Source of the DNA: Takakia lepidozioides
Taxonomy: Eukaryota; Plantae; Bryophyta
Reading direction: 5' to 3'
Length of the DNA: 64,000 nucleotides
Assembly: GCA_030704615.1 (NCBI GenBank)
Contig: CM060731.1
Coordinates: 84,692,001-84,756,000 of the forward strand
Within the stretch, counting starts at the first letter, position 1; every line of letters starts with the position of its first letter. The notes under the pieces were generated by a model that made no database searches, was not told the DNA's origin, and saw nothing but the letters and a program-made list of their open reading frames with translations. The position numbers were made by a program, and so were the translations under genes. Positions 49,401 through 59,958 of this stretch are shown in pieces.

Positions 49401-52007
49401 CCGCGTTCGGCTGGTCGGTGAACTCGTGGCTCCGGCGAGCATCTGCTATCTCCCGAAAGAATAGGTTGGTTTTGTAGAGCAGAAAGTACCTCGTCACATA
49501 GTCACGTAGGCTCTCTGCTGCAGGAGATATCTCCATCTTGAACTGATGTGCTTGTGTGTCCAGCTGCTCTTGCGCATTCGTCGTCACCTGTGGAGATTGT
49601 CCATCAGATCGCTTTCCTCAAAAAATACAATGAATCCACCCCCTACTAGAGTACAAGCCCCAAACGAAGCGTGGGGAAGTACCTGAAACCACCATGTCAT
49701 GCGGTTCATCCACATGTCGAATGTGGGGTCAGAGAGTTTGTCCGGTTTGGGGAAGCTCCACATGTCCCTGGTACTTTGGGAACCATTCCAGATTTGGAGC
49801 CACCGGGTCTGTCCAACCACCCAGCATATTCGTAAGCGCCAAACACCACAAAAAGGAGTTGTTGCCACCACAATTTGGTTAAGAATGTATCACCTTTTCT
49901 GTTGCATCCACACAGGATGTGGCTAGACGATGGAGCTTCTCCAATGTCATCGTGGGCTTCAGAGCGCGAGAGTAGTGCTTCCCCACCTCCACCAGAAAGT
50001 CGGCACCAAGGGCGGGATCAGCTATGGCCACGTACTTTACCATCCGCGACTTGTACTTTATGCGGGCCCTCACCTCCGCAGCTTTGACATACGATTCGAG
50101 TTCCGGGAGGGTTGGATTCTTCTCCTCTGACTCCATGTAGAACCTCCGCGCATGTGCCAAATCCTGTTGTATTTTCGTCTGTCGAAAAGGCACACATAAG
50201 ATTAGAGATCCTGCTCAACACAATTTCTTCTATTGGGGGAGGAGAGACAAATTAGCTCAACAAAACTGTGAGGAGCTTTACCCGAAATATGTAGTCCACC
50301 ATGGCGTCGACGCTCAGCCTATACCAGGTTCTGTCTGCCTTTGCCTCCGACTTGCGCAGGAGGTCGGCACTGAGGGAATTGGCAAACTCTTGCACCCCCT
50401 GCTTCCCGACATCCTTCACTCGGAAGAGCATATGGGACAAGTTCGTGGCAATGAAGGCATTCTCAGTCACCCTGCAGTGCCACATTTCCATCAAACAATA
50501 CTGAAATGGGAATTTTCATCATATATGAGGATTCGCAATGAAATGACTTCCAAATTCAAAGTCCAAAAGCGAGAGGGGTTGTAGCTTACGAGTTGATGTC
50601 GGCCATTGCAGCTTTGAGAAGACTGCGATCTTTGGGCCCCGCAACCTTCAGCACAACACAATCGACGGCGAAATGCCAATCGAGATCGTTGGGGTGGGCT
50701 TGGGCAATGTGCTCCATCCATGCCAGGAGGCGATGATTGCCGTCCCACACGTAGAACATCTTACCGGACATGTGCTGGAAAAGAGGATCATTAGCAATCG
50801 ATCTCTCGAACTCCTCATTTCGCGTTTGCCAATGGGGACCCCATTTGTCCACCTCATCGGAAGTGTGGGCACGGGAAGCTCCGTGGTCGTTCTCAATGGA
50901 AACGTAAAAGGCGGCAGACCCCATTCGATATCCATCCCGGAAAGAGAATTTCAGCTTGTCGATATCGTCTGGCAGGGCAGGTCTCACCACCTGCAATGAC
51001 ACCAAGCGGCAAAGGGGAATTCGAAGCTTGGCCGGGTACACCATGCCCCCCAGCACCCTGCCAATGTTGCTGTGGGTTGCCTCCAACATCTTGGCAGCGG
51101 CCAACTTCATATCCGCCTCAGACATGACGTCTGCTGCAGAGGGGTTTTCCGGCAGCCCACCAGGACCGCCAAATCCAGCCTGTATGCTCCGGGTTTGGGG
51201 CCTGGGGATGTCCGGGAGGATGTCATCCTGGTCAGAAACCTCCATGTCGTCCTCCTCAACAGGGTCAGCCACCTGCGAAACAACCTCCAGCACTCTTGTC
51301 GTCTCTACTGCCCTCTCCCTGGCTTCACCTCGAACTTGCACAATCCGTGCTCTTTCAGGTGTTCTTTCCTCTCCTCCACTCTCCACCGTATGGGTAATTG
51401 CGGGGGCTGCTCTTGCCCGCGATGGTCTAACCGGTGTGCTACTGCCTCTCTGTGGTGTCTTGTAGGGATCCACCGTCTCTGTGGGTCCCTCGCTTACATT
51501 GGCATCTGCCATTTGGGCACCCCTGGCCTCTTCAGCTGCCTTTTGTCTTTCCTCCTGGCTAGCATTCTGTCTCGTCTGTTCTTTTGCCCTCTCTTTTGCC
51601 CTCTCACGGGCTTTCTGTTTCTTACTAGGGCTAGCAGCAGGGGAGCCCTCCAGGACGACCACCTTTGATTGAGGCGAACTGAAACCCTCGCGCGCACTGC
51701 TCACTCCCCCCTCCGCAGCCCGTGACTGCTCTCTCGCCGGGGATTGCATGTGCTTAGCTTTCTTCTTTTTCTTTGCGTGGGCGGGCCCTACTGCATGTGC
51801 ATGAACAACCTCCATTGCCGGATCTGCTGTCCTCATGTCCTCACGCCCTTCACCTGCCATGCCGCCTGCACCAACCTCCCCAATGCCTACTCTGTCGTAA
51901 TCTCGTTGCAAGTCCTCCCGTCCACCAACAAAAGGTTTAAGTTTGCCCTTTCGCCCCAAGTTGGGCGATTCAAACATGCGATGAGTTGGAGCTGTCAATG
52001 ATACCAC
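46413..52007 (-). CDS. ParB/Srx-like domain + beta-class DNA N4C/N6A methyltransferase-like protein (~1,400 aa, 9 predicted exons, one frameshift at a G8 run)
   Basis: Phase-consistent GT-AG exons: ~51977-50590, 50471-50282, 50178-49894, 49808-49683, 49587-49373, 48762-47638, 47549-47285, 47200-47002, 46872-46413. Motifs: FYVWDGNHRLLAW; DMILLDIPDG; LLDDGGCVVV; RSPAFIQTLMETCSDVQGRILDLTCGTGASMWAGTLSDRHVFAFEPD. Confidence 0.8.
48790..49305. repeat. 95-bp tandem repeat x5 within predicted intron 5 of the cargo gene
   Basis: CGAAAATGG.TAA.TC recurs at 48791, 48886, 48981, 49076 and 49171. Each unit has GGCGCCGAATTTCC. Confidence 0.92.
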
Positions 52008-52779
52008 CAGCGTGTCGGGCTCGTCGTCACTCTGTCATTGACAAAAATCGTGAAAACCAACATCGGTGCAAAAAGCAGCATCGCAACGAGCAGCGCAACC
52101 ACCATAGCAACAATCATGTAGCAAAAATGAAAACATAACAAGTTTAGGAAGTATGGAGAGCCATGCAACAACAATGAAAACAAATGCAACCATTGCCTAA
52201 GAATGACATGCACAAGCAGCCTTCTCCAGAGCTGCCGGATTTGCACACGCATTGCAAACAGTCTAAGGTTCACTCAACTATCTAAGTTCACTTATACAGC
52301 AAAGCCAGGATGAAGATGCAAAAACAAAGCGAAAGCAAAAAATAAATCGAACAAACCGAAAGCAGAAGTGGCTTGCTGAGAGTACTCGGCTTCAGTTGGC
52401 GCAGGTTGTGAGCAAGACACTGGAATCTCCTGCTGGAGCTTCAGTTTGGCCATGCGAGAGATTGGCCGTCGTCCGTAGTACAGAGCTTTCAACTTCCGCC
52501 GCGGTCTGGATGTGAGGTCTCTCTCAGGAGAGCCACGCCCTTCAGGCGGCATAAGTCCCAGCCAAAAAGATCTCCTTTTTTGGGGTACATGCCTGGAATA
52601 CCATGTTAAGCCAAGTTTAGAATGAGATTTAGGGTACGTGTCCAGGAAGCCATGCGTCGCCAGCCCAAATAATAACCGACGGCCGTCGACATTTATTGCC
52701 CAACTGCGCAATTAAATGTCGGATGAAGCCCTCCATGTCGGATGAAAATCGACGTAAACAGTCCCGGAATTTCCAACGT

Positions 52780-54800
52780 AGAGGTAATTCGGAGCGCTGC
52801 ACGATGGAATTCCGGCGCCGGATTTCCATCCTGCAGGTAATTCGGAGCGCAGCAGGATGGATATCCGGCGCCGAATTTCCATCCGCGGAGGAAGGGCGGG
52901 CGGTGGAAATTTCCCTCATGCAGGTAATTCGGAAGCGCGCGGATGGAAATCCGGCGCCGAATTTCCATCCGCGGAGGTAGGGCGGCGGTGGAAATTTCCC
53001 TCATGCAGGTAATTCGGAAGCGCGCGGATGGAAATCCGGCGCCGAATTTCCATCCGCGGAGGTAGGGCGGCGGTGGAAATTTCCCTCATGCAGGTAATTC
53101 GGAAGCGTGCGGATGGAAATCCGGCGCCGAATTTCCATCCGCGGAGGTAGGGCGGCGGTGGAAATTTCCCTCATGCAGGTAATTCGGAAGCGCGCGGATG
53201 GAAATCCGGCGCCGAATTTCCATCCGCGGAGGTAGGGCGGCGGTGGAAATTTCCCTCATGCAGGTAATTCGGAAGCGCGCGGATGGAAATCCGGCGCCGA
53301 ATTTCCATCCGCGCAGGTAGGGCGGTGCGCCAAATTTCCCTCAAGCAGGTAATTCCGGCGCCGAATTTCCCTCCTGCAGGTAATTCGGATCCCGGATGAA
53401 TGGAAATTCGGCGCCGAATTTCCATCCAGCAGGTAAGTCGAATCCCGCATAAATGGAAATTCGGCGCCGAATTTCCATCCAGCAGGTAATTCCAATACCG
53501 GATGAATGGAAATTCGGCGCCGAATTTCCATCCAGCAGGTAAGTCGAATCCCGCATAAATGGAAATTCGGCGCCGAATTTCCATCCTGCAGGTAATTCGA
53601 ATCGGTGCCAAATGGATATTCGGCGCCGAATTTCCATTCGCCATGTATTTCTGAGCGTGGAATTACCTTCGTGCAGGTAATTCCCAGATGAGAATTACCT
53701 TGTGCAGGTAATTTCCAGATGAGAATTACCTTCGTGCAGGTAATTTCCAGATGAGAATTACCTTCGTGCAGGTAATTGTGGACGAAGAATTCACATCGAT
53801 TGGAATTACCTGGAGGAAGGTAATTCTCATCTGGAAATTACCTGCACGAAGGTAATTCTCATCTGGAAATTACCTGCACAAAGGTAATTCTCATCTGGGA
53901 ATTACCTGCACGAAGGTAATTCCACGCTCAGAAATACATTCGAATGGAAATTCGGCGCCGAATATCCATACGGCACCCATCCGACTTACCTGCTGGATGG
54001 AAATTCGGCGCCGAATTTCCATTTATTCGGGATTACGTGCTTGATGGAAATTCGGCGCCGAATTTCCATTCATCCGTATTCGAATTACCTGCAGGATGGA
54101 AATTCGGCGCCGAATCTCCATCCACCCGAGATTCCACTTACCTGTGGACGGAAATTCGCGCCGAATCTCCATCCATCCGGATTCCACTTACCTGCTGGAT
54201 GAAATTCGGCGCCGAATCTCCATCCATCCGGATTCCACCTACCTGCTGATGGAAATTCGGCGCCGAATTTCCCCCATCGGGATTCCACTTACCTGCAGGA
54301 TGCAATTCGGCGCCGTTTTCCCATCTGTGGAAGTTTTTATGTCGGCCAGTTTTCGGTCTGACCCCCGACAAGACTTCCTTTGGGGGGGGCCCGGATGGAA
54401 ATTCGGCGCCGAATCTCCGTCCATGGGATGTTCTCTGTCGCACACTCGCCGGCCTCTGCGCCCGAGGCGACTTCATCCGGGCGTCCCCTGTTCGATATTC
54501 GGTGCCGAATTTCCGTCCGGGGGTTGAAATGTGACGGCCAACTGCAGGCCACTCCCCCCTCCCCGACTGCATCCGAACCGCCCCGGATGGAAATTCGGCG
54601 CCGTTTTTCCATCTGGGATGTTTTTATGCCGTCCAGTTTTCGGCCTGACCCCCCGACACGACTCCCTTTGGGGGGCCCGGATGGAAATTCGGCGCCGAAT
54701 CTCCATCCAGGGGATGTTCTCTCGCACACACTCCGGCCTCTGCGCCCGAGGCGACTTCATCCGGGCTTCCTCTGTTGGATATTGGGTGCCGAATTTCCAT
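52780..54800. repeat. Intergenic palindrome arrays of MULE-1 (85-bp units 52900-53340; long inverted repeat centred ~53790; ~288-bp units 54300-54800)
   Basis: Dozens of GGAAAT(T/C)CGGCGCCGAATTTCC copies and AATTACCT..CAGGTAATT motifs between the divergent genes. Confidence 0.92.
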
Positions 54801-54971
54801 TCGGGGGTAGTAATGTGAGGGCACGGTGCCGGCTTCTCCCCTTCAGCCGTCATCATCCGGACGGCCCCCCACTTTCTGACTGCATACCGTTGGCAGTTAT
54901 TGCGCAAAGACCAGGGGCCGCATTCCGGAGACAAGGTTCATTAACACTCTGACTGTGGATTTTTGAGATAG

Positions 54972-57900
54972 TTGGCTCCCTGGATTTGGATCAGGCTTCG
55001 TCGCTCGGACAAATCGGCATCGCATTCATTCCCATCGCTGCACCCCCCTTCTACCAGGGAGCTTCCCCGCACGCCATCCTGGCAGTCTTGTGTGCACATC
55101 TCCCATGGCGGAAACCCGAGCGCTACAGTGTACTGCCCTCCTCACGAGCATAGAGCTTCATTTCCGTGCAGAGGGGACACCTGCCGGGTGATGGAGAAAT
55201 ATCTGTGCGTTCGATACCACCTGAAACCGGGGTCGGTTTTTTTGGAGGAGGAAAGGAAGGACTCAAACGCCTTGTTGTCGAGAGTATTGTTGTGCTCCAC
55301 GATGATTTCGGCGATGGCAGGGAATGGCGAGTTCCACCATCGGACAGCGTCATATACAGGGCTGTTGGGGACTTCATTTGCCCGCCAAATGCACCGTCTA
55401 TCCTGGCGCCTTCCACGAAACAATCCGCGAATCAGAGAGTGGGTACCTCAAAGAGAGAAGTCCGCAACGAAGTAAATCCAGAGCCGAACCCATCCATGAA
55501 GACGACCGAGAACCGGGTTGTTCACAACCTGTCCGACTCAGACGAGGTCATGGAAGTTCCGAGGTCGTCCTGGAGATCAGGCAAGTCCTCAATGGACGTC
55601 AGTGGAGGAGGGAGTCATATTCCCAGCACGAGCACCGCAGTTCGATCTATTCTAGAAATTTTGCGAGGGCTTCACCTGGAGGGACACCGGTCGGAGCTGG
55701 CCGGGCTGGACTACAGCAAGTTCGCAATTAAATCGGTTACATGCCTTCCCGCCGACGTCGACGGTAATATCTTCTTTGAGTTCCCTCCTCGGGCGGACTA
55801 CTCGAGGGTGTCCGGAATGTTGACAGATATGGATAGAAAACATGGACGGTCATCCTGGTGCGTTACCAAAACACCAGCATGAAGGATGCTTGATGGTGTG
55901 CGGGTGCGCTACGTTGTTTGTGCGGGCGCGTTGCGGTGTTTCTCCCCAACTTGCTTCACTTTAAATCCAGAGGTCACAGGAACGAGACCGATTGGACAGG
56001 CACAGCTCACCAACCATTTCGAGCTCAGGGAGAAGGTTCCGAACTCCACATAAGTGTGCGCATTGCAAAGAACCACCACACTGCATGTCTGTTTGTAAGC
56101 CAAGCAGTTCTATGTGTTGCACCGTTTCCCTGACCTCACCCGAGCTTGCATACACGTTGGTTCCCATTGTCACAAATTGGCGAGGGGGAACTCGCGCGGA
56201 GGCTGCCCACGAAACAGAGCAGCTCGTTCAGGAGGAGGTTAAGTTGAGACCGGGTGCCAAACCCAAACAGATACAGCTCCAAGCCGCCCATAAAGATGGC
56301 ATTGGCCAGAATTATGTCGGAAGACGGCTCCGATAGAGTTCCTCTCGACGAGAAGGAAATGGAGGCATTGCTGAGTCGGTGTCCCACGTATGTTCACCGA
56401 ATGTCCGAAACCACATTGTCTCATGCAAACAGAAAATTGGGCGTGGCTCGGATATGCACTCCATTCTGGAGGTGAAGCGACGATGTGGATATGACTACAT
56501 TCATGGAAGTAGGTTTCCAGGACAAGGGACTGAGGCAGATCGTTGTTTCGTATTCAAAATGTCCACGTGTGGACCTGGCAGTGCGCGTCGAACTGGTCGA
56601 CAGGATGACGAGTGGGAACTTGTCAAACAGTTGGGTCATGTTCGACCATATCAAGCGAATTACAAATCACCAGTGGGTGACAATGGGTGCACATGTCTAC
56701 GACACCCACTACAGGATGCTAATGACAATTGCTATTTGTGAGATGAAAGGAGAGGACACACAATCGGAGATGCTTCTTTGGCAGGGAATAAACGAACAGA
56801 TGGCCAAGGCGGGATTGCCCCCTCCAATTTCCGTGGTTTCATGGCGGACAACGCACAAGCAAATTGGGCTGCCATCCGAAGGGTGTACGGGCAAGACCCC
56901 AATGTTCCCATGGAAGGCAAGGAGAGATCTTGTGGGTTCCATTTTCTGCAGAGCCTTTCGCAGTACACAACCAGGCTCGTGGCGCCAGATTTCAGAGAGG
57001 AGCACCGTTCCATGTGCCTTGCGTGGAAGCGCGCTCCCACCTTGGATGATGCAGAGACACAGTTTGCATGCATACGGCTTGGTGGACATCGTCAGGTGCT
57101 GTAAGGAAATCAGACGAAGGAGCAATGGTCAGTTGGCTAGCATGGTGGCATTATCGTTTCCTCCAGTTCGGCGACTATATGCGGGGGTGAGGTGAGGCAC
57201 GAATTCGCGTCCCGTTGGATATTATTCTTGGCCATATTTGTAACTTGCTTGTAACCTCAACATGTGCTTGTGCAGGAAATGTGTCTCGACTCCGACACCG
57301 ACATGCCCACGACAAACATGGCCGAATCAGTGCACTCTTCCTGGCGTGCCTCCTCTGCGGCGCATCTGGTGGACATCCTCACTGCCACAACGGAGGACAT
57401 TGTGAGGTCAATTATGAAAGCAATGCAGGTACAACGAGTTCTTGAAAGGGAAACAGTGGGGCTTGGGGCGGACAGGCAGGAAATGCTGATGCGGACTGCC
57501 TCCAGATCGAAGAATCCTCGAAGTGGGCGGCGGCCTTGCGAGAGGGCCTTCACACGCCATTGCTGCGAAGAGGCCAACATTGGGAAGGAGATGTTCATAC
57601 CCATCCAGTGAGACGAAGACTTGACGAGGCACCTGGCGGAGAAGAGGATTCATGGCGAGCTGACAAGAATATTCGCACGCTCCCCTCGTGGTCCGGTGAT
57701 GTTGTCCCGAGGAGGTCTCGTCGAGCACCGGAAAGTCCTGGCACGTTCAAGATCGCCATCTCTTTTGAGCACAGGGCGCGTGCCCCGGCAACATAACGAC
57801 CATCTGTAGTAAAGCAATACAACATTCCCATTGTGGAGACAAGAGTGTCGGTCACAGTGGAGAATTACGAGGACATTGCCGGCATTTCGAGGGAAGTGTT

Positions 57901-58690
57901 GCGCCATCCGGGTGGATACGAGAGCACGCTGTGGTGAGATGATTCGGAGGAACCCACATGGGTGCTGTACCTGCACCTTGTTTCAGCGGCAGATTTTTGA
58001 CTCCCACATTTGCTCACGCCACAACGCAGACATTTTGGTTCTGTAGGCACGACATAATGACCTGTGTATTTGGCAAGCCCAAGTACGGGATTCAGGGAAT
58101 GCCGGAGCCTCCGGGCGTCTGGCCTGTTGCACCGGGTTGCAGCCTCTCTCAGAATGAGGCGGATGCTCTATCTGCAGCAGGATTTCGAATGGTGCAACGC
58201 ACAGACATCCCGGCCCACGCATTTCCGGTTCCTCAGACCCAGCCATTGCAGACTGCTCGGTCCAGTAGAGACGGATTGGACAATTCTGCACATCCCACAA
58301 TGCGATTCGGAAGAGTGAAGAGACGACACCCTCCCAACAAGTTAAATGAGACTCGGATTGCCAATGCTCTTGGGATGGCTTGCACTATTCAGAGCTCCGT
58401 GGACGTACCCACCCGGCCTTGGGCGTGTGTATCGGATGGCAACGGCCGGCTCGGCTGTACGCGACGATGTATACACAATTACGATTGGAGTGGAGCCGAC
58501 TTGCAACTGTACGGACTTCTCGTTGATGGAAGCAAAGAAGGGTTCGAAGTATTATCCGTGCAAGCATCTGTATTACATTTACCTGAAGAGGTTGAGGATG
58601 AACGTGACTATTGATGACTTTATTCATGCACCGGCGTTGAGCGTGAACGAGCTGCACAAACTCCTCCTTAGGGATTCCAGAAATCATTGA
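54972..58690 (+). pseudogene. MULE transposase of MULE-1 (many 1-bp indels; intron ~57190-57275)
   Basis: WRKY/GCM1-like Zn domain (RYVVCAGALRC...CAHCKEPPHC...IHVGSHCH). DDE core WVMFDH / FMADNAQAN / CGFH / TNMAESVH. SWIM finger CNCTDF...PCKHL. Start uncertain. Confidence 0.88.
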
Positions 58691-59426
58691 TGGGGCAAAC
58701 GGAATCCTCCATATGGATATTTTCAAATGCATTTTGCTGTATCAGACTTTTTTTTTGCAGTGTAATGAAATGCACCCCAAAACTCCTGGAATGAGGCAAT
58801 ATTCCATTCAAACTGAGATCCAACAGAAGCAGTTGTGGGGCCATTTCTGGAAAAATGGCGCCGAATTCTCTTTTTGGGGCCGAAAACTCGCTAAGTCCCA
58901 ACATGCACTGCGTCTGGTTGCTGTGTTTGGGAAAATGGCGCCGAATTTCTCTTTTTGGGGCCGAAAACTGGCTAAGTCCCAACATGCACTTACTGTGTCT
59001 GGGAAAAATGGCGCCGAATTTCTCTATTTTTGGGCCGAAAAACTGGCTAAGTCCGAACATGCACTGGAAAAATGGCGCCGAATTACCTGTCATGAGGGGA
59101 CCTATAGCCGTGGAATTCGGCACCATTTTTCGCCAGAGAGACATATTGCCGCGAAATACGTCGCCTTTTTTTCAGGTTACGGACCCTATTACCGCGAAAT
59201 TCGGCGCCATATTTGCACATGTCGCTGGGAATTGGCATGAGCGGAAGACGAAATTTCATGAGCACAACTGTCAAAAGTGCAATTTTTCCTTCAAGGGGCC
59301 GAATAATATATTTGTTTTTCCTGACACATTGCATTAAATTATTGTTTTTTATTGTTTTTTATTTTCGAAATTTGTACTTCTGCTCATGCCGCTCATGCCG
59401 CTCATGCTCATGAAATAGCAAACCTC

Positions 59427-59861
59427 CTTGATGAGGAGCAGGAAGCTACTTTGTTTGTTGCACACCCAGAGTGGGAGCAGGTTGCAGAAATGCAACTGGG
59501 AGGCCTGAGTTGCTTTAAAGGTATATGTTGTGGTGCAGTAACAGCAACACCAATTGAGGGGGAAACAAGCAGTTACCCACCACATTTCTATGAAGAAAGA
59601 GAGGGAGAAATAGAAATCCTAGAGGAACCAGCCACCTTGAGTTTACAGGACAAAGTAGTGGCTGGATGGACAATCATAGCTGAAGAGCAGATGAGACAAG
59701 TGAATGTGGGAACTGAGGAGGAACCAAGAATGGTGAAAGTTGGGGCTGACTTGGAGCCCGAATTCTTTGAGGAAGCTAAGAGCCTGTTTATCAAATACAA
59801 AGATGTATTTGCTTGGAGCTATGAAGATCTGAAAGGGATACCACCTGAGATCTGCCAGCAA
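59427..59861 (+). pseudogene. pol: Gypsy D protease-RT linker, truncated
   Basis: LDEEQEATLF...FAWSYEDLKGIPPEICQ, then unrelated sequence. Confidence 0.88.
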
Positions 59862-59958
59862 TATGACTCTGGGTCTGATCCCCTAGTGAGCAAGATACAT
59901 GACATTTGTTCTCGTCACGTTCGTGACTATTTTCTTGCAACGCACGACTCCCCCGGAC

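Larger units (their letters stand above)
46192..59426 (+). mobile_element. MULE-1: structurally complete 13.2-kb Mutator-like DNA transposon
   Basis: 9-bp TSD CTTGATGAG (46183-46191, 59427-59435). Imperfect 21-bp TIRs GGGGGCTGCTATTTCATGAGC / GAGGTTTGCTATTTCATGAGC with CATGAGC subrepeats. MULE transposase inside. Confidence 0.95.

Noticed and set aside
52780-54800. CRISPR-like appearance (palindromic ~30-bp repeats with spacers)
   Set aside because: Spacers are themselves repeated and variable in length, there are no cas genes, and the context is a eukaryotic TE interior.
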